Source of the DNA: an uncultured Peptococcaceae bacterium | Lineage (GTDB): Bacteria; Bacillota; Dehalobacteriia; UBA4068; UBA4997 | DNA length: 60,257 nucleotides | Direction of reading: 5' to 3' | Assembly: GCA_947647555.1 (NCBI GenBank) | Contig: CANSKT010000004.1 | Coordinates: 1-60,257, forward strand | Program-made: the position numbers and the translations under genes | Notes under the pieces: generated by a model | Seen by the model: only the letters and a program-made list of their open reading frames with translations | The model's database searches: none | Told to the model about the DNA's origin: nothing | In this document: piece by piece, positions 17,798 to 28,892 of the stretch | Layout: the number at the start of each line of letters is the position of its first letter | Position numbering within the stretch: position 1 is the first letter of the stretch

Positions 17798-18529
17798 ATG
17801 ATTAAACAAACCGCAGGCAGAAACCAACTGGGAGATTTTGCTCCTAAATTTGCTGAATTAAATGACGACGTTCTTTTTGGCGACATATGGAATCGCAATG
17901 AGCTATCGCCCAAGCTGCGCTCCATACTCACCGTTACCGTTCTGGTGAGCAAAGGATTAGTGGACAGTTCTTTTCAATATCATATGCAGAACGCTAAAAA
18001 CAATGGCGTTACCAAAACTGAAATGGCGGAGATTTTGACACATGTGGCTTTCTATGCCGGCTGGCCTAACGCATGGGCTGCCTTTCGAGCAGCTGTGGAG
18101 GTATACAAAGATGACGCAGGCGTGGACGGCGGCATGTTCGGTTTAGGCGCACCCAACGACGCTTATGCTCAATATTTCACAGGCAACAGCTATCTGAAGC
18201 CTCTTACCAATCCTCAGGAAACCATTTTCCTGGCTAATGTTACCTTTGAACCAGGCTGCCGCAACAACTGGCATATTCACCATGCTAAAAGCGGCGGCGG
18301 ACAAATTTTGCTTTGCACTGATGGCCGAGGCTGGTATCAGGAATGGGGCAAGGAGGCTCAAGAGTTGCACCCCGGCGATGTGGTTTATATTCCTGGTGGG
18401 GTTAAGCATTGGCACGGAGCAGCTAAAAACAGCTGGTTCTCTCACGTTGCCTTTGAAGCCCCAGGTGAAAATTGCACCAATGAATGGCTGGAGCCAGTAG
18501 ACGATGGGCAATATGGCAGGTTATTTTAA
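17798..18529 (+). CDS. Carboxymuconolactone decarboxylase-family domain fused to a cupin domain
   Basis: CMD-like segment LSPKLRSILTVTVL...HVAFYAGWPNAWAA. Cupin segment NNWHIHHAKSGGGQILL...GDVVYIPGGVKHWHGA. Confidence 0.8.
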   Translation: MIKQTAGRNQLGDFAPKFAELNDDVLFGDIWNRNELSPKLRSILTVTVLVSKGLVDSSFQYHMQNAKNNGVTKTEMAEILTHVAFYAGWPNAWAAFRAAVEVYKDDAGVDGGMFGLGAPNDAYAQYFTGNSYLKPLTNPQETIFLANVTFEPGCRNNWHIHHAKSGGGQILLCTDGRGWYQEWGKEAQELHPGDVVYIPGGVKHWHGAAKNSWFSHVAFEAPGENCTNEWLEPVDDGQYGRLF

Positions 18530-18718
18530 AAGTCCATATAATATTAAAAATGATTTTCAAAGACTGAGGATTTGAAGCGCCACCTGTTAAGTAGATAAAC
18601 CCCAAAATATATTAGTTCACTCTGCTAAATAGTGTAGTGAACTTTTTAATCTATAATCAGTGTTAAATTATTACACAAAAGCCGCTCCTGTACAAGTGGG
18701 AGCGGCTTTTAACATTGT

Positions 18719-18934
18719 TTAAGGCTGTTGCTTTTTCAAAGAATAAACCAGAAAATCCAGGCAATCTATTTCCTTTTGGCATTTATGCAACTGTTCCAGC
18801 AAGCAAGTGCGATGTTGAGATAACAAACGCATTTGACCTGAACAACCAGTTGTTTGCTGCAAAAAGTTTTGAATGAACTGCTTATCACAGCCGGCGTCCT
18901 GCAAATTCTGACGAATATCAATTTGGCTATCCAT
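18719..18934 (-). CDS. Small Cys-containing hypothetical protein (71 aa)
   Basis: Clean ORF between convergent and divergent neighbours. I recognise no domain. Confidence 0.45.
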   Translation of the reverse strand: MDSQIDIRQNLQDAGCDKQFIQNFLQQTTGCSGQMRLLSQHRTCLLEQLHKCQKEIDCLDFLVYSLKKQQP

Positions 18935-18960
18935 ATAAAATCATCTTCTTTATTATGATA

Positions 18961-20067
18961 TTATTCAGCAAAAGCTTCTTTGAAAAAACTTTCCAGCTTA
19001 TCAAAGGGGATCTTGTTTACATCATCGTAAAGGTCAATGTGCATAGCCCCCGGTACAACATAAATCTCTTTCGGCTCGGCTGCGGCGGCATAAGCGTCCT
19101 CGCTGAAAGCTTTGGAATGGGCTATATCACCGGTAACGAACAAAATCGGCCGGGGAGATATACTGTCAATGTGATTAAGCAGCGGATAATTGGCAAAGGG
19201 CAACATACTGGTGTTGGTAAAAGAACCGCCAGCATTGGGGTGCCAACCGCGTTGCAAGCCGTAGAAAGTCCACCATTCAACATTAAGGCCGGTGATATTA
19301 TCCGGCAATTCCTCCAGCGGCGCATCTGCCGGAAAATTCCGACTATAAGCCGGCTCGCCATTGGCAAAATCCGCCCAGCGCTGTTCTGCCATACCGGAAA
19401 TCATATTGTTACGCGTTTCATTATCCATAGAATTGCCCATTGCGCTGATGTCATACATAGCCGCAGTTGCCACCGCTTTAATTCTGGTATCCATTGCTGC
19501 TGCGGAAAGGGCAAAGCCGCCGCTGCCGCAAATACCGATAGCGCCAATCTGTTCCCGGTCAACATAGGGCAGATTACCCAGATAATCCACACCGGCGCTG
19601 AAATCCTCCGAAAAAATCTCCGGTGAGGACAAATGCCGCGGTTCTCCGCCGCTTTCACCGTTATATGAGGGGTCAAAGGCGATTACCACAAAACCGCGCT
19701 GCGCCAGCTGATTGGCATAAACGCCAGGCCCCTGTTCCTTAACGCCGCCGTAAGGTGGGCCTATTACTAACGCTGGGTACTGCTGATTTTCGTCCAAATC
19801 CTTAGCGGTGTAGAGGTCGGCGGCAATTTCTATACCATAGCGATTGGTATAGCTTACCGCAGTTCGGTTGACGTTTTCCGCCAGCTCAAAAATGAAGTAA
19901 TCGTCAGTTGGGTGAATGCTTAAAGCACTTTGCATAGTTGTCATGTTATTTACCTCCTCCTGATTGGCCTGGTTTGTCTGGTTGGCCGGTTGATTGCTGC
20001 AAGCCGTCAGGCCAAGGGTTGTGATAACCAGCAAACCAGCCGCCAGTACCTTTTTGATGTTTTTCAT
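18961..20067 (-). CDS. Alpha/beta hydrolase lipoprotein
   Basis: Lipobox LLVITTLGLTACS; hydrolase core GAIGICGSGGFA; SD ggacggag. Confidence 0.8.
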   Translation of the reverse strand: MKNIKKVLAAGLLVITTLGLTACSNQPANQTNQANQEEVNNMTTMQSALSIHPTDDYFIFELAENVNRTAVSYTNRYGIEIAADLYTAKDLDENQQYPALVIGPPYGGVKEQGPGVYANQLAQRGFVVIAFDPSYNGESGGEPRHLSSPEIFSEDFSAGVDYLGNLPYVDREQIGAIGICGSGGFALSAAAMDTRIKAVATAAMYDISAMGNSMDNETRNNMISGMAEQRWADFANGEPAYSRNFPADAPLEELPDNITGLNVEWWTFYGLQRGWHPNAGGSFTNTSMLPFANYPLLNHIDSISPRPILFVTGDIAHSKAFSEDAYAAAAEPKEIYVVPGAMHIDLYDDVNKIPFDKLESFFKEAFAE

Positions 20068-20210
20068 TTTCTCCGTCCTTTCTGTTTTTGATTTGATTAT
20101 ACACCAGCCCTTTTGCTTTGTCTAATACTTATATTAAATACTCATCTATGCTTGACGGTTATATGATGATTTGTTATAATACAAAAAATAACATTTTACT
20201 GGAGGTTAAT

Positions 20211-21104
20211 ATGGAACTGCGCGTTTTAAGATATTTTTTGGCGGTGGCCAGAGAGCAATCCATTTCTGGAGCGGCCGAATTTTTGCATATTTCCCAACCT
20301 ACCTTATCCCGGCAACTGATGGATATGGAACAAGCATTAGGTAAGCAGCTGTTTATTCGGGGTAATCGTCGTATTACCCTTACCGAGGAGGGTATGTTTC
20401 TGCGTAAACGGGCGGAGGAAATAGTTGATTTAGTGGATAAAACAGAGGCGGAAATCATTTCTTCTAATGAATTTGTCAGTGGCGACATTTATATCGGCGC
20501 GGCGGAAACGGATAATATGCGTCTGCTGCTACAAGTGGCGCACAAATTACAGCAGGATTATCCGGATATTCATTACCACATTTTCAGCGGCAATGCGCAA
20601 GATGTGACAGAAAAATTGGACAAGGGTCTGCTAGATTTTGGCTTGCTGATAGACTACTACAATTTAAGTAAATATGAAAACCTGCAACTGCCAACTAAAG
20701 ATACCTGGTGCGTGTTGATGCGCAAGGACAGTCCTCTGGCCGCCAAAGAGCAAATTTTGCCAGTTGATTTGTGGGATAAACCGCTAATCTGTTCCCAGCA
20801 GGTGTTTTGGGAAAAACAGGATTTGGCGGATTGGATTAAAAAAGACGTCGATGAGCTGAATATTGTCGCCACCTACAACCTGATTTACAACGCCAAGCTG
20901 ATGGTGGAGGAGGGCTTTGGTTATGTGCTGTGTCTGGAAAAGTTGGTGCAAACTCCAGTGGACGGTTTACTTTGCCAGCGACCGTTGGCAAACGGCGAAC
21001 CCTCCCGTTTGGATATTGTCTGGAAAAAATATCAGGTGTTTTCTAAAGCGGCAGATTTGTTTTTGCAGTACTTAAAAGAGGAATTTACTTCTGTTCTGGA
21101 ATAA
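20211..21104 (+). CDS. LysR family transcriptional regulator
   Basis: Begins MELRVLRYFLAVAREQSISGAAEFLHISQPTLSRQL after SD ggagg. The ORF-track start at 20118 is probably too far upstream. Confidence 0.9.
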   Translation: MELRVLRYFLAVAREQSISGAAEFLHISQPTLSRQLMDMEQALGKQLFIRGNRRITLTEEGMFLRKRAEEIVDLVDKTEAEIISSNEFVSGDIYIGAAETDNMRLLLQVAHKLQQDYPDIHYHIFSGNAQDVTEKLDKGLLDFGLLIDYYNLSKYENLQLPTKDTWCVLMRKDSPLAAKEQILPVDLWDKPLICSQQVFWEKQDLADWIKKDVDELNIVATYNLIYNAKLMVEEGFGYVLCLEKLVQTPVDGLLCQRPLANGEPSRLDIVWKKYQVFSKAADLFLQYLKEEFTSVLE

Positions 21105-21258
21105 AATTATAAAACTGCTGCTGAATGTGGCAGTTTTTTGCGTTTCTTGTTATGCTTATTAGTTATATTATCTTATACAATATAAGTATTTGCTATTAAA
21201 AATTTGATGTTATATAATAATGGCAGAAAGGAATTTGATATTAAAGGGGATTGATTAT

Positions 21259-22110
21259 ATGCAACAATTTAAAAATGAAACTCACGATGAAGAGCGTGCC
21301 TTTTACGGTTTGCACTGTGCGCAGCTGCAAAACTGTGTTTTTGCCGGTTTGGCAGACGGTGAATCGGCATTGAAAGAAACGACAGATTTGATAATGGATA
21401 ACTGCGATTTTCACTTACGTTATCCGCTTTGGCATGCTAGTAGGGTAGAGATGGCCAACTGCCGTATGACAGAAAGCTGTCGTGCCGCCCTCTGGTATGA
21501 TAAAGATGTGCAAATTCTGAACTCTAATATGAACGGCATTAAGGCTATACGTGAATGTCAGAATATGCGCTTGGTGGATTGTCATATTAGTTCATCTGAA
21601 TTTGGCTGGTTCTGCCATAATCTGGAGCTGAAAAACTGTCAGCTACAATCGGAATATCCATTTTTACAATCTTCAGAACTGACAATTCAGGGACTGCGTA
21701 TGACCGCCAAGTATTCATTTCAATATGTGCAAAATGCGGTAATCCGCAATTCAATGCTGGATACTAAGGACGCTTTTTGGCACAGCTGCAATGTTACAGT
21801 TTATGATAGTGTGATTAAAGGCGAGTATCTGGGCTGGTATTCGGAAAATTTGCGCTTGGTGCGCTGCAAGATTATCGGCACGCAGCCACTTTGCTATGCT
21901 AAGGGGCTGGTGCTGGAGGACTGCACGATGCAGGACTGCGACCTGGCCTTTGAAAACAGCGAGGTTACAGCCAATGTACTAAGTCATATTGATAGTGTAA
22001 AGAACCCCTTAAAGGGCTGCATTAAGGCGGGAAGCATTGGTGAGGTTATTTGTGAATACGCCGAAAATACCTGTGAAATTATAACTCAGCCGACAGCTTT
22101 TTCAGCTTAA
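21259..22110 (+). CDS. DUF3737-family (beta-helix-like) protein
   Basis: Contains ERAFYG...GESALKE...YPLWH...KDAFWHS.NVTVYDSVIKGEYLGWYSENLRLVRC...QPLCYAKGL...DLAFENSEV...DSVKNP. Confidence 0.7.
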   Translation: MQQFKNETHDEERAFYGLHCAQLQNCVFAGLADGESALKETTDLIMDNCDFHLRYPLWHASRVEMANCRMTESCRAALWYDKDVQILNSNMNGIKAIRECQNMRLVDCHISSSEFGWFCHNLELKNCQLQSEYPFLQSSELTIQGLRMTAKYSFQYVQNAVIRNSMLDTKDAFWHSCNVTVYDSVIKGEYLGWYSENLRLVRCKIIGTQPLCYAKGLVLEDCTMQDCDLAFENSEVTANVLSHIDSVKNPLKGCIKAGSIGEVICEYAENTCEIITQPTAFSA

Positions 22111-22357
22111 ATCTTTTTATATTTAATATTTTTAATGGAAAAAAGGGGTTTTAACAATGAAAAAGTTATTAACAAGTGAATACTTTCAAAGCCGCCGCAG
22201 CCGAGGGTGACTCTGCCGAAGCAACCAGAGCGCAGGTGGTGGCGCTACGGCTTGATTTTGATGACATTAACAACGCTGATTATGGCGGCGTTATGCTAAA
22301 ACTATCAATTCTACAAAAACGACAAAGAGTTTTGTTCATTAGAACAAGACTCTTTTC

Positions 22358-22417
22358 TTTACAATCATTTTACAATATTCTGATAATGGATTTGATATTG
22401 TCGTACTATAATATAAT
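22358..22417 (+). promoter_or_regulatory. Pho-box-like promoter of the pst operon
   Basis: Hexamers TTTACA (22358), TTTACA (22369), CTGATA (22380) and TTTGAT (22391) are spaced 11 bp apart. They are followed by TATAAT at 22407-22412 and 22412-22417, 37-47 nt before pstS. Confidence 0.55.
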
Positions 22418-22453
22418 TGTATTCAAAATAAATTTATAAAGGGGAATTAAAAA

Positions 22454-23314
22454 ATGAAAAGATTAAAAAGAAAAATGTTATTGGTATTGACGGCGGCTTT
22501 GCTTATTGCATTGTGTGGCTGCACACAAAAGACTTCGGATAATAAAGGTGGCGAACAAACCGGCCTGACCAATATTACCGGAACTGTGGCGACTGACGGC
22601 TCCACATCTATGGAAAAGGTTATTGGTGTTTTAGGCGAGGCCTTTATGGCGAATAATTCCGACGTAACTTTCACTTACAATCCCACCGGTTCCGGCTCAG
22701 GTATACAGGCCGTGCGGGACAAACGCTGTGATATTGGTCTGGCCAGCCGTAATCTGAAAGATGAGGAAAAAGGCGTCGGCCTGAGCGAAACAATTTTGGC
22801 CTATGACGGTATTGCAATTATTGTCAATCCGGAAAACGGCGTAAGCGATTTAACGCTGGAGGATATTGCAGCCATATATAAGGGAGAAATAAGCAGTTGG
22901 CAGGAGCTGGGCGGCAGCGCCGGGGAAATTGTTCTTATCGGTCGGGAGGCTGGCAGCGGCACCCGGGACGGCTTTGAATCCATTACCGATACGGCGGATA
23001 TTTGCCAATACCGCCAGGAACTGACCTCCACCGGCGATGTTATTACCACCGTTGCCAGCAATCCCAACGCCATTGGCTATGCTTCTCTTGCTTCAATAAA
23101 CGATAAGGTAAAGGTTGTTACGGTGAACGGAGTAGCCCCCAGCGAGGATAATATCAAAAACGGCAGCTATCTGATGCAGCGTCCATTTATTTTAATCACC
23201 CGGCAAGGTGAAGAACTTGCCCCTGCGGCGCAAAAATTCTTTGATTTTGCCACCTCTGCCGAGGCAGTTGAGCTAATTTCTATGGCCGGGGTTGTGGCGG
23301 CGCAGACAAAATGA
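22454..23314 (+). CDS. pstS: Phosphate ABC transporter substrate-binding lipoprotein
   Basis: Lipobox LLIALCGC; contains DGSTSMEKV, TGSGSGI and EAGSGTRD. Confidence 0.9.
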   Translation: MKRLKRKMLLVLTAALLIALCGCTQKTSDNKGGEQTGLTNITGTVATDGSTSMEKVIGVLGEAFMANNSDVTFTYNPTGSGSGIQAVRDKRCDIGLASRNLKDEEKGVGLSETILAYDGIAIIVNPENGVSDLTLEDIAAIYKGEISSWQELGGSAGEIVLIGREAGSGTRDGFESITDTADICQYRQELTSTGDVITTVASNPNAIGYASLASINDKVKVVTVNGVAPSEDNIKNGSYLMQRPFILITRQGEELAPAAQKFFDFATSAEAVELISMAGVVAAQTK

Positions 23315-24189
23315 AAAATCGCAGGCAACTTTTTGAAAATATTGTTCATGGCGTTTTTCTGGCGTTGGGTCTGATAACAGTAGGCTGTGTGCTGTTGATT
23401 ACGGTATATCTGGTTGCGTCCGGTATTCCGGCAATCCGGGAGATTGGCCTGTTTGAGTTTTTGGGCGGCCAAACCTGGGCATCAACCGCCGCCCAGCCAG
23501 CCTACGGCATACTACCATTTATCATGACCAGCATTTACGGCACAGCCGGCGCTGTTTTGCTGGGAGTGCCCATTGGCTTTTTCACAGCAATTTATCTGGC
23601 CAAGCTGGCTCCGCCAACAGTTAAAAGCTCAGTATCCGCCGCCGTCAGTTTGCTGGCCGGCATTCCCTCGGTGGTTTATGGTCTGGTTGGTATGCTGGTG
23701 CTGGTGCCGGGTATCAGAATATGGTTTAAGGTGCCGGACGGAGCCAGCCTGCTGGCGGCAATTCTGGTTTTGGCGGTGATGATTTTACCCTCCATTATCA
23801 AGGTGTCGATTACAGCCCTGGAGGCCGTGCCCAAAGAATACGAGGACGCTTCGTTGGCATTGGGGGCCACGGCGGTTGAAACTTATTTCCGTATTTCTGT
23901 TCCGACGGCCAGAAGCGGCATTGCGGCGGCGGTTGCGCTGGGGGTTGGCCGGGCCATTGGCGAAACAATGGCGGTGATGATGGTTTCCGGCAACGTGGCG
24001 AATATGCCCTCGCTTTTCCAAAGCGTGCGTTTTCTGACCACTGCCGTTTCCAGTGAAATGGCTTACGCCAGCGAGGGCAGCCTGCAAAGGCAGGCTTTGT
24101 TCTCCATTGCTTTGGTGCTGTTTCTGTTTATCATGTTGATTAACGCTATGCTTAACCTGCTGTTAAAGCAAAAAGCGGAACGCTCATAA
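23311..24189 (+). CDS. pstC: Phosphate ABC transporter permease
   Basis: Multi-TM permease whose start overlaps the pstS stop; supported by operon context. Confidence 0.9.
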   Translation: MKNRRQLFENIVHGVFLALGLITVGCVLLITVYLVASGIPAIREIGLFEFLGGQTWASTAAQPAYGILPFIMTSIYGTAGAVLLGVPIGFFTAIYLAKLAPPTVKSSVSAAVSLLAGIPSVVYGLVGMLVLVPGIRIWFKVPDGASLLAAILVLAVMILPSIIKVSITALEAVPKEYEDASLALGATAVETYFRISVPTARSGIAAAVALGVGRAIGETMAVMMVSGNVANMPSLFQSVRFLTTAVSSEMAYASEGSLQRQALFSIALVLFLFIMLINAMLNLLLKQKAERS

Positions 24190-24201
24190 GGAGGTGTGGC
24201 T

Positions 24202-25065
24202 ATGAAGAAAAATCAGCTTACCCTGCGGCGCCGGGGATATATCCTGCTTATGCGCAGTTTAATGCTGTTTTCTGTTGGGATTACCTGCGCTTTGCTTCTT
24301 TTTTTGCTGGCTTATGTGCTGGTTAAGGGTTTGCCGGGCGTTACCTGGCAGCTTTTAAGCGGCAAACCCAGCTATTTAACTGACACGATTGGTATTCTGC
24401 CGGATATTTTGAACACCCTGTATATTATTTTCGCCACCCTGCTTATCGTTATTCCTTTGGGCGTTGGCGCAGCTATATATCTGACGGAATATGCTCAAAA
24501 TAAAAGACTGGTGGGCCTGATTGAATATGCGGCGGAAACCCTATCCGGCATTCCCTCCATTATTTACGGTCTGGTTGGCATGTTGTTCTTCTGCCAGTTT
24601 TTGGATATGAAAACATCTTTGCTGGCTGGCGCGCTGACGCTGGTGATTATGAATTTGCCCACAGTTATGCGCACCACGCAGGAAAGTCTGAAAACAGTTC
24701 CTCAAAGCTACCGGGAGGGAGCGTTTGGTCTGGGGGCCGGCAAATGGCGAGTTATCCGCACTGTGGTGCTGCCCGGCTGCGTGGACGGTGTTATTACCGG
24801 TTGTATTCTTACTGTGGGGCGGATTGTTGGCGAATCGGCGGCATTGTTATTCACGGCCGGCCTGGCGCACGCCTTAAACGGCTTTTGGGCAAGCCTGAAC
24901 AGCGCCGGAGCCACGCTGACAGTAGCTTTATATTTTTATGCCAAGGAGCAGGGCAAATTTGAAACAGCCTTTGCCATTGCCGCTATTTTGCTGCTGCTGA
25001 CGCTGTTTATCAATCTGCTGGCCGCTTTGGTCGGCCGCTATTTCAAACAAAGGAGAAGTTTATGA
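24202..25065 (+). CDS. pstA: Phosphate ABC transporter permease
   Basis: Multi-TM permease. ATG at 24202 follows SD aaggagg; the ORF-track start at 24196 is a GTG. Confidence 0.9.
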   Translation: MKKNQLTLRRRGYILLMRSLMLFSVGITCALLLFLLAYVLVKGLPGVTWQLLSGKPSYLTDTIGILPDILNTLYIIFATLLIVIPLGVGAAIYLTEYAQNKRLVGLIEYAAETLSGIPSIIYGLVGMLFFCQFLDMKTSLLAGALTLVIMNLPTVMRTTQESLKTVPQSYREGAFGLGAGKWRVIRTVVLPGCVDGVITGCILTVGRIVGESAALLFTAGLAHALNGFWASLNSAGATLTVALYFYAKEQGKFETAFAIAAILLLLTLFINLLAALVGRYFKQRRSL

Positions 25066-25817
25066 GCAATATTATTACGGTGCAGAATATGTGCCTATGG
25101 TATGGCAGTGCGCAGGCGTTGCACAATATCAGCCTGGATATTCCTGAAAAGAGCATAACGGCTTTAATCGGCCCCTCAGGTTGTGGGAAATCCACATTTT
25201 TGAAATCCTTAAACCGTATGAACGATTTAATTCCGGGGGTGAAAACCAGCGGCGAAATCTGCTATAAGGGTCAAAATATTTTTGCGCCGGAGGTTGACGT
25301 AAATATGCTGCGGCGGGAGGTGGGCATGGTGTTCCAAAAGCCTAATCCTTTTCCCATGAGCATTTATGACAATGTTGCCTATGGTCCGCGCACCCATGGC
25401 ATAAAAGCCAAAATCAAGCTGGACGAAATTGTGGAGCAATCCCTGCGCAGGGCCGCCATTTGGGACGAGGTTAAGGACAGACTGAAGAAGAATGCCCTGG
25501 GGCTTTCCGGCGGCCAGCAGCAAAGGCTTTGCATCGCCCGCTCGCTGGCGGTTGAGCCGGAGGTGCTTTTGATGGACGAGCCCACCAGCGCTTTAGACCC
25601 AATTTCAACCTCTAAAATTGAGGAACTGGCGATTAATTTGAAAGAAAAATATACAATTATTATCGTAACGCATAATATGCAGCAGGCGGTTCGTATTTCT
25701 GACCGGACGGCGTTTTTCCTGTTGGGAGAGCTGGTGGAATACGGGCAGACGGAGCGTTTGTTCTCACAGCCTGTGGATAAGCGGACGGAGGATTATATAA
25801 CGGGGAGGTTTGGTTGA
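25062..25817 (+). CDS. pstB: Phosphate ABC transporter ATP-binding protein
   Basis: Walker [10 protein letters not shown], signature LSGGQQQR and Walker [12 protein letters not shown]. Confidence 0.95.
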   Translation: MSNIITVQNMCLWYGSAQALHNISLDIPEKSITALIGPSGCGKSTFLKSLNRMNDLIPGVKTSGEICYKGQNIFAPEVDVNMLRREVGMVFQKPNPFPMSIYDNVAYGPRTHGIKAKIKLDEIVEQSLRRAAIWDEVKDRLKKNALGLSGGQQQRLCIARSLAVEPEVLLMDEPTSALDPISTSKIEELAINLKEKYTIIIVTHNMQQAVRISDRTAFFLLGELVEYGQTERLFSQPVDKRTEDYITGRFG

Positions 25818-26458
25818 TGCGTTCAAAGTTTGATGAGCAGTTAACGCAGCTGCATAAGGAACTTATTACAATGGGGGCGCTTTGTGAGGAAAGCATTGCA
25901 ATGGCGGCGCAGGCATTGACAGAGGGAAATTTGCAGACTGCGGAGCAGATTTTTGATTTAACCTTGCAGGTTCGGCAAAAGGAGAGGGAGATAGAGAGTC
26001 GCTGCATGCGCCTGCTTTTGCAGCAGCAGCCGGTGGCTAAGGATTTACGGCTAATATCTTCCGCCCTGAAAATGGTTACGGATATGGAGCGAATTGGCGT
26101 AAATTCGGGTGATATTGCGGAAATTTTGCTGATGAGGCATATCACGGCGGCGGACGATACTCTGAATATTCAGGATATGGCGCAGGCGGCTATAAAAATG
26201 GTAACACAAAGCATTGACGCCTTTGTTAAGTTGGATACGGAACTGGCCAAGGCAGTTATTGCCTATGACGACGTGGTGGACGAGCATTTTGACCGGGCCA
26301 AAGGGCTGTTGCTTGAACTTTTGCAGCAAAATGCCGTCAATGGTGAATACGCTATGGACCTTTTGATGATTGCCAAATATTTTGAGCGAATGGGCGACCA
26401 TGCCGTGGAAATTGCCAAATGGGTGCTGTTTGCCATAACCGGTCAGAAAGACGGTTAA
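25814..26458 (+). CDS. phoU: Phosphate signalling complex protein PhoU
   Basis: Two PhoU repeats ([19 protein letters not shown] and [16 protein letters not shown]); supported by operon context. Confidence 0.9.
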   Translation: MMRSKFDEQLTQLHKELITMGALCEESIAMAAQALTEGNLQTAEQIFDLTLQVRQKEREIESRCMRLLLQQQPVAKDLRLISSALKMVTDMERIGVNSGDIAEILLMRHITAADDTLNIQDMAQAAIKMVTQSIDAFVKLDTELAKAVIAYDDVVDEHFDRAKGLLLELLQQNAVNGEYAMDLLMIAKYFERMGDHAVEIAKWVLFAITGQKDG

Positions 26459-26553
26459 AGGCTAAATATTGCCAAAAAGCATATAATATGATAAAATAAA
26501 CACTCAACAAAGAAAAAAGCAAAAGAAAGAAACAAAGGAAAGAAGCGTGTTGC

Positions 26554-27228
26554 ATGATTTTTTGTGTAGAGGACGATGACGCTATTCGGGATTTGATGAT
26601 TTATACCTTGACCTCCACCGGCTTTATGGCCAGGGGGCTGGCTGACGGGACGGCACTTTTTGCCGCTTTGCAGACGGTTAAGCCAACCCTGATTTTGCTG
26701 GATATTATGCTGCCCGGCGAGGACGGCCTGAGTATTCTGAAGCGGCTGCGCAGCAGTCCGGCTACGGCGGAAGTGCCGATTATTATGGCTACCGCCCGGG
26801 GCACGGAGTATGACAAGGTTATTGGGCTTGACATGGGGGCTGACGATTATCTGGTTAAGCCCTTTGGCATGCTGGAAATGGTATCTCACATTAAAGCTGT
26901 TTTGCGCCGCACCAATCCGCAGGCGGAGCCGCCTGTTTTGCAAATTGGCAATCTGCGCCTGAATATTGGCGAACACACCATAACAATCAATGGACGGCAT
27001 ATTCAGCTTACGCTAAAGGAATATGAACTATTGCGGAATTTTATGGAAAATCCCGGCCGCGTTTTCAGTCGGGAGCAGCTTTTGGCAGCGGTTTGGAGCA
27101 GCGATTTTGCGGGCGAAACCCGTACCGTAGACGTGCATATCGGTACCCTGCGCACTAAGCTGGGCGAATGTGGCGAATATATTAAAACAGTGCGGGGAGT
27201 GGGTTACCGAATGGAGAACTGCTTATGA
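26554..27228 (+). CDS. OmpR-family response regulator of the Pho regulon
   Basis: Receiver domain (ILLDIMLPGEDG) plus winged-helix domain (TRTVDVHIGTLRTKL...GVGYRM). Confidence 0.9.
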   Translation: MIFCVEDDDAIRDLMIYTLTSTGFMARGLADGTALFAALQTVKPTLILLDIMLPGEDGLSILKRLRSSPATAEVPIIMATARGTEYDKVIGLDMGADDYLVKPFGMLEMVSHIKAVLRRTNPQAEPPVLQIGNLRLNIGEHTITINGRHIQLTLKEYELLRNFMENPGRVFSREQLLAAVWSSDFAGETRTVDVHIGTLRTKLGECGEYIKTVRGVGYRMENCL

Positions 27229-28892
27229 CCAAACGAATTTTTTCCGCTGTTTTTTTGGCGGCAGTTTGTGTGTTTCTGGCTTCGGCTGCGCTGTTCATGG
27301 GTGTTCTTTACGATTATTTTTCCGACGTACAATGCAGGCAGCTACGTATGCAGACAGATTTGGCGGCGCAGGGCGTGGCCGGTTTGGGCAGCGATTATTT
27401 TACCAATTTGCCTGCTGACGATTATCGAATTAGCTGGATAGACGCTGACGGAGTTGTTTTGTATGACAACCAGTTAGCCACGGCGGCAATGGAAAATCAT
27501 CTGGAGCGGCAGGAAATTCAACAGGCGCTGGCAGTGGGCATTGGCGAAAGCCGCCGTTATTCTGATACTCTTTTGCAGCGTTCCATTTACTGCGCGCGGC
27601 TTTTACCGAACGGCACGGTGCTGCGTCTTTCAGTGGCGCAGAACACTATGCTGACACTGCTTTTGGGTATGCTGGAGCCGATGTGCGTTATTTTTTTTAT
27701 AGCCTTTGGTCTGGCTTTGCTGCTGGCTTCCAGGCAGGCCAAAAAAATTGTGGAGCCGCTTAACAATCTGAATTTGGACGAGCCGTTAAGCAACGATGAT
27801 TATGATGAACTTGCGCCCCTGCTTAACCGCCTTGACTTGCAGCAAAAACAAATCAGGCGGCAGGAGAACGATTTACAGCGCAAACAGCTGGAGTTTGAAA
27901 CCGTAACTTCAAATATGCAGGAGGGGCTTGTGCTGCTGAACCGCCAGGGGCTGATTTTGAGCGTTAATTCTGCCGCTGCCCGTTTGCTGGGCGCAGAAGA
28001 GGCGGCTGTCGGCAGGGATATATTGACCGTCAACCGCAGTTTAGAGCTGTCCGCTTTGCTTGATAAGGCGGCGGCCGGTGAATATGCGGAAAAAGTGTTG
28101 AAGCTGAACGGCGGCGAATATCAGCTGAACGCCAGTCCCGTTTTGACTGATGGCACAGTTTCCGGCATGGTTTTGCTGCTGTTTGACGTTAGGGAAAAAA
28201 TGAAAGCCGAGCAGCTGCGCCGGGAATTTACTGCCAACGTATCCCATGAGTTGAAAACGCCGCTGCATACCATTGCCGGCTGTTCAGAATTGCTGGTTAA
28301 CGGTTTGGTTAAGCCGGAGGATACAACCAAGTTTGCCCGGCAGATTTATGGAGAAGCCCAGCGTATGATAAATCTGGTGGAGGATATTATCAAGTTGTCG
28401 CATTTAGACGAAGCCGGCGGGGATATGCGATGCGAAAACGTAGATTTATATGCGCTGGCGGAAAACACGCTTAAGCTTTTGCTGCCGGTCGCAGAAGCTG
28501 CCGGCGTGGAGTTGACGCTGCAAGGTCAGCCGGCCAATCTGTTTGGCGCTCCGCAGCTTTTGTCAAGCATTATTTTTAATCTTTGCGATAACGCTATAAA
28601 ATACAACCGGCCGAATGGTTCGGTTAAGGTGGCAATAATTAACGACGAAACGAATGTAACCCTGACTGTAACCGATACGGGTATTGGTATTCCGCCGGAA
28701 TGTCAGGAACGTATTTTTGAACGCTTTTACCGGGTGGACAAAAGCCGCTCCCAGGCAGTCGGCGGCACAGGTCTGGGGTTATCCATTGTGAAGCACGCCG
28801 CCAGATTGCATAATGCCAACGTAAATGTGCAAAGCGTTTTAGGGCAGGGGAGCGTTATAACAGTTCGGTTTTCCAAAAATGCTGTAAAATAA
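27225..28892 (+). CDS. phoR: PhoR-type sensor histidine kinase
   Basis: N-terminal TM, PAS-like region, H-box FTANVSHELKTPLH, and N/G boxes DNAIKYN and DTGIGIP...GGTGLGLSIV. Confidence 0.85.
   Translation: MTKRIFSAVFLAAVCVFLASAALFMGVLYDYFSDVQCRQLRMQTDLAAQGVAGLGSDYFTNLPADDYRISWIDADGVVLYDNQLATAAMENHLERQEIQQALAVGIGESRRYSDTLLQRSIYCARLLPNGTVLRLSVAQNTMLTLLLGMLEPMCVIFFIAFGLALLLASRQAKKIVEPLNNLNLDEPLSNDDYDELAPLLNRLDLQQKQIRRQENDLQRKQLEFETVTSNMQEGLVLLNRQGLILSVNSAAARLLGAEEAAVGRDILTVNRSLELSALLDKAAAGEYAEKVLKLNGGEYQLNASPVLTDGTVSGMVLLLFDVREKMKAEQLRREFTANVSHELKTPLHTIAGCSELLVNGLVKPEDTTKFARQIYGEAQRMINLVEDIIKLSHLDEAGGDMRCENVDLYALAENTLKLLLPVAEAAGVELTLQGQPANLFGAPQLLSSIIFNLCDNAIKYNRPNGSVKVAIINDETNVTLTVTDTGIGIPPECQERIFERFYRVDKSRSQAVGGTGLGLSIVKHAARLHNANVNVQSVLGQGSVITVRFSKNAVK

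Noticed and set aside
22176-22439. An 87-aa ORF lies upstream of pstS; its first half (KAAAAEGDSAEATRAQVVALRLDFDD) looks protein-like.
   Set aside because: It has a GTG start without an SD and runs straight through a terminator hairpin and the Pho box. It is probably non-coding or a very old remnant.
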